A stretch of 63,411 nucleotides of DNA, the filler included, from Collodictyon triciliatum (taxonomy: Eukaryota), in assembly GCA_043381765.1 (NCBI GenBank). It is 7 parts of 7 records of this genome, joined end to end, with 100 filler letters (N's around TTAATTAATTAA, not from the genome) between each part and the next. Parts side by side here need not be neighbours in the genome. Positions count along the whole stretch, not along the records: positions 1 to 9,544 come from JBHJMP010002966.1; positions 9,645 to 19,177 come from JBHJMP010002967.1; 5 more parts are not named here. The stretch is one strand, 5' to 3'. The position numbers were made by a program, and so were the translations under genes. The stretch's first letter is position 1, and each line of letters begins with the position of its first letter. This document shows, piece by piece, positions 1-10,789 of this stretch. The notes beneath the pieces were generated by a model, which ran no database searches, was not told where the DNA came from, and was given only the letters and a program-made list of their open reading frames with translations.

Positions 1-848
1 GAATAGTTTAATAACTAAATATTGTGTTCAATATGTATAGACACAGTCACATGAAAATTTTTAATAGGCAGCCAACTTATATGACTTTTTGGAGGGTGCT
101 TACTGTATGGATAGGTTGTTTTCTTCGTATCGAGGATTTTATAGATGTATAACCTGATTTACCTTTTTAATGCCCATTCGGACTTAAATACCGTATATAA
201 GCAACATGTTACAATCAACATGTCACAATCAACATATCGATATACTTTTAAATGATAAAAATTAATCAAATACAATCAAAAATTAAAAATTCTCGTAATA
301 TATCAATTGGAACAGGATATTGCCAATATTGATAGTAACTCTTTTGTAATTATGAAATAAATATTTTATTGCTATCATAAGCATGCATACGATAAAGAAT
401 GCAAACAGTGCAAGACTATTTTACATCTATGAGATATTAGTTGTAAATTGATCATTCAGGTTATGGAGCAAGATTAATACATAATGAAACAAATAAACAC
501 AGCATACAATTTTAGTATATTCATACAAAATATTTTTAATTATATGCCATGGCTAGTGCATTGTTGGCTTTGTATATGTAATCATTGTGCGTTGAATAAT
601 CAAAATACAGTCCCTATAAGACTGGAATATCAATACTGTTGGTCACTTAAAAATTATTAATAAATCAATACTCCATGAGACACGCTAACTGTGGCGTTGA
701 CCACGGAGTCCAGACCACGGCGTAAAGGCTTGGCTATGTAAATTATTATTTTCTCTCTTTTAAAATTTGTGCAACCCTCGATTGTTTGACCTGACATAGT
801 AATGTATTTTTTAGATGCATCAAATAATAATACACATAATCGATACGA

Positions 849-1328
849 TTATTTTGATACCAGAAAACTAATATAAATCAGCAAAAGAACGTTGGTAGTT
901 ATGAGACCCTGAAGAGAAACCAAGCCGACATAAAAACCCAAGAGAGCTGTCCTACTCCCATATGATATTTCTTGGGGCGCTAATCTTACAAATAAATCGA
1001 AGAAATCAAAAGCATATGAAACCTATCTCATAAAGTACAAGCGTGAATATATATAATGGAATAATAAAACTTTAGATATAGTTATCCTAACATATAACAA
1101 CTGTAAACAAAAAAATAAAAAAATGGGAATCCACCAAAACATCATCGCTAATGAAATACCTTGCACACGACAAAAAACCATAAACAAATTACTTCTGAAA
1201 CTTCCAGAATATTCTTCTGGTATAATTGCGAATAATTGTAAGATTCTACCAACCACAACATAACCAAATATAAATAAAAATCCCTGTGTTTTTGTTTTAC
1301 CTTTCAATTCCTTACTCAACCGCACCAC
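849..1328 (-). pseudogene. Fragment of a multi-pass membrane protein, possibly GPCR-like (last TM helices)
   Basis: Hydrophobic frame GFLFIFGYVVVGRILQLFAIIP... continues after a TAG (possible intron acceptor) as ...LLGFYVGLVSLQGLITTNVLLLIY; LxxLQG resembles TM7 of cAMP-receptor/secretin-like GPCRs. No full model could be built. Confidence 0.25.
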
Positions 1329-3722
1329 TTATTGTTGTTAGATATCATAGTCTTTACTTAAATGACACTCGCGTTGAAGAATATAATAACTGTCTGACAT
1401 ATACAGGTAATAAAACTCCTTGAAATCGTTCTTAAGGTAACTGATTTGTGCGTACTTTTTTCAACCCGACAATTTTTTTAGCCCTTCTTTCAATCTCGAA
1501 CACAATTTGAACCCGCGTTGGATTTTTTTTTATTTACAACAGAACAAGATGTTGGCGCCTGTGCCTACAATCTTAAAACCATGTTTGATTTAACCCACTT
1601 CAGGAAGAAAAGTTTGTGTGCAAAAAAACTTTGCTACTTTTCTATTTCACCACCCAGTTTATCTTTTCTTACGTTCCTATTCATCTCTTTATATTAATCA
1701 AAAATTTTATTTTTATAAACAAAAAATCCAAATACATAAAGTTCAAGTTTTCCACTGTCTCATCCGTATCTCGTGTTTGTCCTAGAGGCGAAGGCAGCAC
1801 CTCGACTTTGTTTTCTATTAGTAAATAGTTGAAATGAAATCAAGGAAAAATAAAAAATGCTACCTTGAATCAATTAAAAGCAACACAACTCATATATACA
1901 AAAATACAAAACCATTGTCATCGAATCTTTTTTATCTCTTATGGAAGATATTTGGCAAATTATAAAAAACCTTCAACGCATCACCACAAGCTTATCGATT
2001 TGCTTGCACATTTGTAAAGAATATATTGAAAACACTTGCTAGTTTTTTCGCTGTAATACCCTCAAAAATTGCATTTCTAAAGGAGCAGAGAGCATTTACT
2101 GATGTTTGCAATATTGCCACCCTTGAGTGTGTATTTCTGTTTCTTAAAAACAAAGAATCTGAAACTGTTCCTTTCAATACTTTTATTATTCGAATATTTG
2201 TTATGATAAATCTATTCTTTATATAATTCTTGTTTGATACCACCATAAATACTTTTCTTGACCGGGTTTACTTCTCTTTGTGTTTATGCAAGTCCAGTAA
2301 GTTAAAGTCAAGTTTGAATTATTCATAATTTTATTATTATTTGTGCATATATAATTTTTTACGTATTTTTTTGTTTGTTTTCACTTCAGTAGCTAACAAG
2401 TATGCGAACAGATGGAAGAGCCGCATGTGGAGTCGCATCACTCACAAATGTGCCAGTGATGCGAATAAATAGAGGCCTTACAAACAGAATAAGGACAGTG
2501 TCATGCTAAATTACATCACATTCTCTACTGCAACAACAGGTAGAAATATCGTCTATGCTTACACGCTCTGAAGCTTTATGAACACGTTTGCTAAAATCTT
2601 TAAATACATACATATAAAAACAACTTAATATTTTACAAAAAAATATTATATTAATAGTTGGACAACACTGCCGGTGCCTTACAGGCTCAAAGAAAGTAGC
2701 GAATTTGAAAAGGACATACAGAGCCTACATCTTGAAGAAATTACAATAACATATATTTCATAAGAAAAATATAATGAAATTATCATATTGAGAGCAAGTG
2801 ACACACGCGCAAGAGTTGAATACTGTCCACACAGGTTGTGTAAATTATGATTTCTTATATATACTTTAATAAAAAAAATAGCAAAATATTCCAGGAACAC
2901 ATAATATGCAAACAAAATCAACAAACCTTACAATGTTTTTGCATAGGATGAAATGTATACCTTTCACCCATGAAACACAGAACAGTGTACTGTATATAAT
3001 AATACTATTAATAATGTTATATCCTTCGTTCAATTCAAAGAAAGGGGATTTTCCCGCATTTTTCTACAGTCCGCCGTTGTTGTTGCACCTTGTTTGAACG
3101 CAATGAACACGTCGGATTCGGGTTTAAGTCAGCTTGGTATAGAAACTCAATTTGTGGCTCATCAAAATTCATGTATGAAGGCCGAGGATAGTTACAACTC
3201 TAAAGGGCTGCAACTAACAGGAGCCCTGACCTGGATTCGACTCAAAGTCAATTTCACCTGAAGGCGAATGAACGCAAATTATATTACTTGGTGTTAAAGT
3301 GAATATAAGGGCAGATTTAGCATCTTATTGGATAATACATCGCGCACTCGAGGTCAGCAGTACAGAGTAAGAGTTGAATATCGAAAAGGCATCTGCGCGA
3401 TTGTTAAGGCCATGTTCTTGTGAGAACGCATCGCTGAGGGGTAAAATTATCATCACTTACTATTCATTTATGAGATATTACATTTTTTGCATTGTTTTGA
3501 TTAATAGTTCATATCCCAGACATAAATTAAAAGCCAACTGGCCAAGATAAGATTTTTGTGTACGAAGAAAGCATGGACGAAAAGAACCGGCAAGGATTAT
3601 GGACATCTATGTGATTTTTATATTTACTTGGCGTAATTTCTTGTAAATATCTGTGCAAATCTAAGCCTTTCGAATAAACAGAATGAGAACATAAAAAAGG
3701 TGACAGAGGTCGATATCAACGC

Positions 3723-4010
3723 ATGCTTCAGAAAATTTTTTGTGGCATATGTGTCACTTTATACAACAATTTTGCAGTTCCACCGGGTCAAAAAACATTT
3801 TGCTTTGGCTGTATCATGTCAGCCGTCAGCAATTCAAATGTAAGTCTGGCGTTTGGGTGCAAAGTGTGTACCGAGCTAATTCAAATGAATGTAAAAAGGC
3901 AGTGAGTATCTTATATAATTCGATTGATTCGCGTTTACAGGATATATAATCAGGTAAAGACACCGGCGATAAGGTCACAAAATGGTTCATATGTTATCCG
4001 ATGCAAGGAA
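3723..4010 (+). pseudogene. Degenerate RING-finger-like exon(s)
   Basis: CGIC-x11-(GQK)TFCFGC-x15-CKVC resembles C3HC4 RING with the C-x-H pair lost; followed by a GTGAGT...TTTACAG intron-like stretch and then the gap. Confidence 0.3.
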
Positions 4011-4478
4011 NNNNNNNNNNNNNNNNNNNNNNNNNNNNNNNNNNNNNNNNNNNNNNNNNNNNNNNNNNNNNNNNNNNNNNNNNNNNNNNNNNNNNNNNNN
4101 NNNNNNNNNNNNNNNNNNNNNNNNNNNNNNNNNNNNNNNNNNNNNNNNNNNNNNNNNNNNNNNNNNNNNNNNNNNNNNNNNNNNNNNNNNNNNNNNNNNN
4201 NNNNNNNNNNNNNNNNNNNNNNNNNNNNNNNNNNNNNNNNNNNNNNNNNNNNNNNNNNNNNNNNNNNNNNNNNNNNNNNNNNNNNNNNNNNNNNNNNNNN
4301 NNNNNNNNNNNNNNNNNNNNNNNNNNNNNNNNNNNNNNNNNNNNNNNNNNNNNNNNNNNNNNNNNNNNNNNNNNNNNNNNNNNNNNNNNNNNNNNNNNNN
4401 NNNNNNNNNNNNNNNNNNNNNNNNNNNNNNNNNNNNNNNNNNNNNNNNNNNNNNNNNNNNNNNNNNNNNNNNNNNNNA

Positions 4479-4987
4479 AGGCATCTGCCCTGCCTACCGA
4501 CAACAAGGATTATTCCAAAGTTAAATATGAGGACCTAGAGAAGGGAGACTACATTATGTATGAAATGAAAGCACGGTCGTACAATGGCAAGGAGTACCCA
4601 GCCAAGATTAACCAGGGCTTTGTTTCAATGATTCAAAATGAAGTGGGTAATGCTTTATGGAAAGACCAGGATGGTAAAGTCTTGGGAATGACAAACTACG
4701 GAAAGACTTGGACTAATAACACCAAAGACATTGGTGACATATACAGGCAATCAAAGGAAGCTGCCCTTGAGAAAAAGAAAAAGGGTTTAGCCACGGTCAA
4801 AGAGAATGAACCCAAGCGCGCAGAGAAGCGCAAGATAGTTGCAGAAGCTGAAGCCTCTATGCAAAAGAAAGAAAAGGAAGCAGCCAAGGAATTAGAGAAT
4901 GACCCTGAAGCATTGGGCAAGCTTGCAAAGGAAATACAAAAAGAGTTGAAAAAAAAACCACGCTTTACCCTGCCTAAGGCCAAATAG
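4479..4987 (+). CDS. Orphan protein of the element (5' end in gap), Lys/Glu-rich C-terminus
   Basis: Open frame of ~168 codons from the gap edge to a stop overlapping the integrase 3' end (convergent overlap 4974-4987). Confidence 0.7.
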
Positions 4988-6386
4988 GATCTACAGTTAA
5001 ATTCGCTACCGGTGTATCGTCTTGAGGCTTCACAGCTAGCTTGCGTCTTTTTTCTATTGGCTCTGCTATCACACGCTTTAACTTTTCAAAGTTCTTTTTC
5101 TGCAGTGTAGTCAATGGAGGATCATTTGTATACGCCTGAATAAAAGCATCAAACAACTTTTTAATTTTGGGATGTGCCTTTACTAATTCTTCTTGTCGTT
5201 CTTTTTTGCCTACATCAAACTTCCCTGTTCTGTTTGTAAAGTTCTTGGCGCTCATCCATAACACACCCCAAGCCTTGCGTGCTTTCACTTTCTCTTCAAC
5301 TAATCTAGGTCTGCCTCTTGGTCTAGACTCTGTGTCTCGTTTAATTAAATCAACTACAGGCTTGAAATTTTTGTCTGTGTCTTTGTCCACGGGTTGTAGG
5401 TCTCTACGTAGAAAACGCTTGCCCTTTAATATTTTCTCGTCCCCCTCTTTAGCTGCCTTTAATTCATAAGTTGGTGCTTTGAATCCCTCCTTATGAATAT
5501 TCACTTTATGTATAATAAAAAGCTCTGTGGTAAATTTAGGAATCCAGTTCTTCTGTGTCTTGAATTTATTTCTTTCTTTTGTTGTCAGGTTGGTTTTAGT
5601 TAGACTGACTCTAACTTTAGTGCCTACATCCAACACATTGTCTCTTTCGCTCTTGCTGGCTTTTTCCAATTTATCCTGATTTGCTTTTATCAACTTCTCC
5701 AGGTTTTCTTTTGTTGTAGCATTGTTGGGTATCACACCTGTGTTTCTATTAGGCTGGTCATTGATACTATCAGCTGTCTGCTCTAGCACTTCTTTTGTCA
5801 ATACATCTTTACCAGTCTTTTGATGAAACTTGTACAATGAATTTTTCACTACGCTATTCATACGCTCGACGTATGCCTGGCTTGTAGGATTGTATGCCGA
5901 ACTCTTGACCGACTTTAATCCGTGTTCCTTCAGCCAGGATTTCTCATACTTGAACTCTGTCCCGTTATCACTCTGTATAACCTTCAATGGCGGATAGTCC
6001 TTTTTAAAATTTAGTACGGCCTTCTTTGATTCGGCTAGTGTCTTGTCTGTCAATGGATACAGAAATACTTTGCGGGTTAGTAATACAACACACACCATCA
6101 GATACTTAAACATATTACCCTCATAGTCATCTGGATACAATCCTTTGGTATAAATCAAATCAATCTGTGCATAACTAGGATCGGTTACATTAAACGGATT
6201 GACATCTTTACTTTTAAAAGCTGGCTTGCTTATTTGTTGATAGGGATTTTTCTTCATCCACCTTGAAATGTAACTTCGCGGTATCTCTTTATTAAAGTGT
6301 CTATACAATGCATCAATCGAATTCACTTGTCCAGGTTCGTTGTAGCGCTTCTCTAATTTTTCGTTATAATTATCACTTGTGCTCAT
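4974..6386 (-). CDS. Retroviral-type (rve) DDE integrase of Polinton/Maverick/mavirus type, with AT-hook
   Basis: 470 aa; triad motifs AQIDL, IQSDNGTEF, AYVERMN; FKYLMVCV..TRK..LYPL; Polinton-like C-terminal VGTKVRVS...FTTELFIIHKV...TYEL; RPRGRPR AT-hook. Confidence 0.93.
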   Translation of the reverse strand: MSTSDNYNEKLEKRYNEPGQVNSIDALYRHFNKEIPRSYISRWMKKNPYQQISKPAFKSKDVNPFNVTDPSYAQIDLIYTKGLYPDDYEGNMFKYLMVCVVLLTRKVFLYPLTDKTLAESKKAVLNFKKDYPPLKVIQSDNGTEFKYEKSWLKEHGLKSVKSSAYNPTSQAYVERMNSVVKNSLYKFHQKTGKDVLTKEVLEQTADSINDQPNRNTGVIPNNATTKENLEKLIKANQDKLEKASKSERDNVLDVGTKVRVSLTKTNLTTKERNKFKTQKNWIPKFTTELFIIHKVNIHKEGFKAPTYELKAAKEGDEKILKGKRFLRRDLQPVDKDTDKNFKPVVDLIKRDTESRPRGRPRLVEEKVKARKAWGVLWMSAKNFTNRTGKFDVGKKERQEELVKAHPKIKKLFDAFIQAYTNDPPLTTLQKKNFEKLKRVIAEPIEKRRKLAVKPQDDTPVANLTVDPIWP

Positions 6387-6422
6387 ATATTAACATAGAT
6401 TTTATTTTCGGATGTAAAACGC

Positions 6423-6444
6423 GATTTAAAGACATCTGTATATA
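6423..6444 (+). promoter_or_regulatory. Element-specific upstream motif, copy 1
   Basis: GATTTAAAGACATCTGTATATA, 8 nt before ATG 6453; 17/22 identical to the motif upstream of the TVpol-helicase gene. Confidence 0.55.
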
Positions 6445-6452
6445 ATTACTTA

Positions 6453-6767
6453 ATGAAGATGGATCATCATTTTACACAAGAAGAACTTAACCTGTTCAAT
6501 ACATTTTGCCTCCGCGAATTTTATATGTCGCTGGATACTGTGCGCACATTAGTATCGTCTGGCCTTAGAACAAAAGCACGAAATTCCCGCGGTTACAAAC
6601 GCCGCACACAAAGAAAAAAAGAAAAAGAAGCCATCGCTCAAATTATAGAACCTGAGCCCCCTCAGATTGACATCCAGATTGACTACACAGAATTTGATGA
6701 ACGCTTCCCTAAAGTTTACTCAACCGGAATGTCTTCTAGTGAATATTTCTCCGACAATTCAAAATAA
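6453..6767 (+). CDS. Small orphan protein of the element (basic, NLS-like centre)
   Basis: 104-aa ORF filling the space between integrase and helicase; preceded by the shared motif; RGYKRRTQRKKEKE basic patch. Confidence 0.65.
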   Translation: MKMDHHFTQEELNLFNTFCLREFYMSLDTVRTLVSSGLRTKARNSRGYKRRTQRKKEKEAIAQIIEPEPPQIDIQIDYTEFDERFPKVYSTGMSSSEYFSDNSK

Positions 6768-6792
6768 ATTGTGGCAATCACCACCATTCATT

Positions 6793-9066
6793 TTATTCTT
6801 TTGTGCGGGCTCTCTTGGCGCTGCTCACAATCTCATCAGTCACAAAGTAACTCTTCATATTGCTGTTATCTGTCATCATCTTGCGAACCTCTTTATAGTC
6901 GCATTCATACTTACCACGTTTAACAGTAATCGGGTAGGTAGATTTAAAATTAGTCCAGATTGGATTATTGATAAACGATTTAAACTCCAACACTTTGTGA
7001 TTCGGTAATCTCTTGGCGCTAAACATTTTGTAAATGTCATATATCTCATCGGCGTGATGGCAAAAAGGAGATGGGTCCTTTTCTTTATGCCATTGATACT
7101 TTGATTTAAACGTCAGCTCATATGTGTCCCAGATGTAATCATTCCAGTCAACAAACAAAAACTTGATAAACTGTTCCACGGGATGCATACTAGTTTCTGC
7201 CAACACTTCACACGTCTCACTTTTGGGAAAGTCATTAAAGTTGAAATTAGGATCATGTTCATTCATCAACACTTTTGTAAATATCTTGACAAACTCATCA
7301 TTGTAAGTTTCCTTTGTTAACTGTGATATCTCTTGTGGAGTCAGTCTATACTCTTTCACATCAAACACAGGGAAGCGTCTCATATTGTCCCTTTCAAATA
7401 CAATACCAATTTCTTTGTTGGTGTTGAGAATATAATTGACCGTGTTCTTTACTGGATACGGATTGTGGTACAACATACGCACGTGATTATCGTCACGGTC
7501 CACAGCTTCTTTAATGTCTCCTTGCAAACTCTTTGTCTTTGAAGCATCACTCTCCTCCAATATACACAACAGCTTATTAGCAATGTTCATATTCTTTTCT
7601 CCAAAGACCTCAGACAAACCGGAATGTGTGCTGCCGTATTGCCTGCCTAGAATTTGCTGCACAAACATCTTATAAAAGAAAGCAGTCTTACCTGTCCCTC
7701 CTTTGTTGTTGCGGAATATCATCATCTTGCCAATTCGATAATTGGGTTGATACAGAATTCTCGCTAGGTATTGAATCACATATTTCTCAGATTCGGGATT
7801 ACCCGCACAGAGATACTGAGACAATTGCTTATATGTCATACTACTCTTCCAAATAGTATAATCGGCTTCGCTCACGGTTTGAGCAATGTTAGTACAATAC
7901 CCTAGCCAGTCAATATATTGTTGTCCGTCAAATTCTGGGAAATACTTTTCGAATGCAAAGCCTTTGAAATGGTTGTAGGCCTTGGGGTTGTATTTGTTTG
8001 TAAATCCGTCATAGGGTATAAAGTCAAAGTACATAAAGTGTCGTTCAATTGGTAAATATAACTGCACAGTTTGCCAAAACCCATCTCCAAATCGTTGACA
8101 ATAAGATGGGGCAGACTTTATGTGTTCGGGCTTACGAGTAGGTTCATCTGGGTACTCGACAAACAAGTTGCCAAGTAACATAAAATGAGTCTTTGCAAAT
8201 TCTTCTATTGATGTGTCTGCATTGATAGTCTTAGGCTCTAATGTTGATTCAATAGGTTCAAAGCTAAATTCTACTTTGTACCCTGTCTGCTCTTCAATAT
8301 ATCTTGCCAGTTCAATATTCTTTTCAACTGGGTCGCAATACTGTTCCTTATTAACAAACAGACCATCAAAATTGTACATCCCAATCTCAACATTAGCTTG
8401 TTGTAATACACCAATCACTTTTTGCATTATTTTTGTTTCTTCTGTTTGCAGCAAATATGCCAAAAAACTATAAATGCGATTGTCGTGTTCTTCTAAACTA
8501 TCAAAATCGTCTTTGAATTTCAACTTGTGCCATTCAGGATATTTAGAATATGCCATAGCAGCCAGAATTTGCATTTCTTGCAGTTTGATACTAAACTCGT
8601 CATTACTAACAAGTGCTTGTCTTTTGCCACTAAACGCTAACATCAAATATCTTTTCTTGACTTCCTTGCGAGTCTTATGTGTTAACTCCATTCCCCTTTC
8701 AATTATACTATCACGGTTCTTTACATATTCCTCGATAGCTTCGTGATCTATATTCCATTTTTTTGCCAAAGCCAAAGACAGAGCATAATGGCAGTTGACA
8801 ATATCAAGGCTAGCATATTTATCCTTCAACAGATAATTACGAATGGGTTTATTAAGCATTCCCACTGAAATACCACAAGGGTAGAATCTACCAACTTTGA
8901 TTTTTCTTAAATGCTTAGCATAATCGTATTTGACTTTTAAGCCATCCTTCTCCATTTGCTTTTTCATAATACTTAGCTTCCCCTTTTCCTTTTTGCTGAT
9001 TATATCTTCTGGCTGCTTCAGCAGCTTTTTAATTGTAATGGGGTCGATTGATTCAACTAGTTCCAT
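6793..9066 (-). CDS. TVpol (family A-related primase-polymerase) fused to D5-like superfamily 3 helicase
   Basis: 757 aa; N-terminal GRFY, motif A YASLDIVNCH, motif B RKEVKKRYLMLAFSG, LQTEE, motif C YNFDGL; C-terminal Walker A NKGGTGKT, Walker B LCILEES, motif C ILNTN, RRF. Confidence 0.88.
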   Translation of the reverse strand: MELVESIDPITIKKLLKQPEDIISKKEKGKLSIMKKQMEKDGLKVKYDYAKHLRKIKVGRFYPCGISVGMLNKPIRNYLLKDKYASLDIVNCHYALSLALAKKWNIDHEAIEEYVKNRDSIIERGMELTHKTRKEVKKRYLMLAFSGKRQALVSNDEFSIKLQEMQILAAMAYSKYPEWHKLKFKDDFDSLEEHDNRIYSFLAYLLQTEETKIMQKVIGVLQQANVEIGMYNFDGLFVNKEQYCDPVEKNIELARYIEEQTGYKVEFSFEPIESTLEPKTINADTSIEEFAKTHFMLLGNLFVEYPDEPTRKPEHIKSAPSYCQRFGDGFWQTVQLYLPIERHFMYFDFIPYDGFTNKYNPKAYNHFKGFAFEKYFPEFDGQQYIDWLGYCTNIAQTVSEADYTIWKSSMTYKQLSQYLCAGNPESEKYVIQYLARILYQPNYRIGKMMIFRNNKGGTGKTAFFYKMFVQQILGRQYGSTHSGLSEVFGEKNMNIANKLLCILEESDASKTKSLQGDIKEAVDRDDNHVRMLYHNPYPVKNTVNYILNTNKEIGIVFERDNMRRFPVFDVKEYRLTPQEISQLTKETYNDEFVKIFTKVLMNEHDPNFNFNDFPKSETCEVLAETSMHPVEQFIKFLFVDWNDYIWDTYELTFKSKYQWHKEKDPSPFCHHADEIYDIYKMFSAKRLPNHKVLEFKSFINNPIWTNFKSTYPITVKRGKYECDYKEVRKMMTDNSNMKSYFVTDEIVSSAKRARTKE

Positions 9067-9087
9067 TTTCTTTAGTTCCTACTACCC

Positions 9088-9109
9088 TATAGACAAATGT
9101 TTTTAAGCC
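9088..9109 (-). promoter_or_regulatory. Element-specific upstream motif, copy 2
   Basis: GGCTTAAAAACATTTGTCTATA on the minus strand, 21 nt before ATG 9066. Confidence 0.55.
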
Positions 9110-9150
9110 AGCATTTACATAATAATAGGGGTATGCGTTTAACCCCTCTT

Positions 9151-9365
9151 ATAATGGGTAGGGTTGTGCATTGGTTAATTTCTCCTTACTCTTTTATATA
9201 AGGGGTATATATGTATAACTATATGTATATCCTTATATGTATAAGTATATATATATAAAGTTATAGGATACCTTACCCCATTTTATATGAAAAAGAGCTA
9301 AGGGTGTCCATATAAAAAGTTTTTAAGGGGGGGTTAGGAGGAGGGTACGTGTGCAACCCCATTAT
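9151..9365 (+). repeat. Long imperfect nested inverted repeat (hairpin)
   Basis: Nested arms ATAATGGG/CCCATTAT, GGGTTGTGCA/TGTGCAACCC, CCTTA/TAAGG, CTCTTTT-ATATAA/TTATAT-AAAAGAG, GGGGTA/TACCCC, TATAACT/AGTTATA, CTTATA/TATAAG, centred at ~9238. Confidence 0.75.
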
Positions 9366-9588
9366 TCAAAAATAACTGTAACAGGGCCACGAAGAATAGA
9401 GTAAGGAGTTTTCTTTTTCCTAGTCACCCTTTTCTTTTTTGTAAAGAGCAAGTCAAGAAACATCTGAGCCTCCTCAAAAGTCAAAAATACGTGTTGTTCA
9501 GAATTAGGAGTATATAGTCGTAACATATATTAAGACTAGATATTNNNNNNNNNNNNNNNNNNNNNNNNNNNNNNNNNNNNNNNNNNNN

Positions 9589-9600
9589 TTAATTAATTAA
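9589..9600. other. Artificial scaffold linker TTAATTAATTAA (also 19222, 28861, 38498, 48134, 59920)
   Basis: Identical 12-mer with stops in all six frames, always flanked by 44 N on each side. Confidence 0.97.
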
Positions 9601-10789
9601 NNNNNNNNNNNNNNNNNNNNNNNNNNNNNNNNNNNNNNNNNNNNTGTTTTTTGTTTTTTGTTTTTTGTTTTTTGTTTTTTGTTTTTTGTTTTTTTGTTTT
9701 TTTGTTTTTTGTTTTTTGATCCAGGTTCCGTGGACAACAAGCCGTTCGTGTGGCGGTGGCGGGTCTTCTCTGTTTTTGCAGGTGTTGATTACGAAGTTTG
9801 TTACAGCGTCTGTTGCGGATAGTTTCTTTGAATATCCAAGTCGCAGCCAAAAAAAAGGTGGATATCAGTTTTGTCTCTTTGTTTTTAAGGTTCGTTTTTG
9901 TTTATTGAAAGGCACGATAATTTTCGAATTCAAAACATGGTTTCCCCACACAAACAAAGGCGATGGAGTGTTCGCGCATCACAGTCGCAATCAGCCTTTC
10001 GCCTCTGCGCGGNNNNNNNNNNNNNNNNNNNNNNNNNNNNNNNNNNNNNNNNNNNNNNNNNNNNNNNNNNNNNNNNNNNNNNNNNNNNNNNNNNNNNNNN
10101 NNNNNNNNNNNNNNNNNNNNNNNNNNNNNNNNNNNNNNNNNNNNNNNNNNNNNNNNNNNNNNNNNNNNNNNNNNNNNNNNNNNNNNNNNNNNNNNNNNNN
10201 NNNNNNNNNNNNNNNNNNNNNNNNNNNNNNNNNNNNNNNNNNNNNNNNNNNNNNNNNNNNNNNNNNNNNNNNNNNNNNNNNNNNNNNNNNNNNNNNNNNN
10301 NNNNNNNNNNNNNNNNNNNNNNNNNNNNNNNNNNNNNNNNNNNNNNNNNNNNNNNNNNNNNNNNNNNNNNNNNNNNNNNNNNNNNNNNNNNNNNNNNNNN
10401 NNNNNNNNNNNNNNNNNNNNNNNNNNNNNNNNNNNNNNNNNNNNNNNNNNNNNNNNNNNNNNNNNNNNNNNNNNNNNNNNNNNNNNNNNNNNNNNNNNNN
10501 NNNNNNNNNNNNNNNNNNNNNNNNNNNNNNNNNNNNNNNNTATTTTTTTTAAAAGGAAGATGTCATAGAACTCCTTCCGTGGAAAAGAGGTATGACATCC
10601 AACATATATGTTACATAAATGTCCTTTCGTAAAAATATAAAATGGGTATTTTGTCGACAGTAGGCTCGCATGCAATGGTATAATAAACACATACGCAGAG
10701 TAAGGTATTAAAATAATAATAATAATATAATAGTGTGCACTTAAGCGACTTGTTTTCACATATTGGCCTAATGTAGAGGGAATATTAAC

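Larger units (their letters stand above)
4478..9544. mobile_element. Polinton-like virus / virophage-related endogenous element (partial; left end in gap, right end at or beyond scaffold end)
   Basis: Four tightly packed intron-less ORFs in a host whose genes are intron-dense; rve integrase plus TVpol-SF3 helicase; no microsatellites; shared upstream motif. Confidence 0.85.

Noticed and set aside
1-4010. Capsid or packaging genes of the element left of the gap
   Set aside because: No long ORFs or recognisable motifs; looks like decayed host-type sequence with intron signals.
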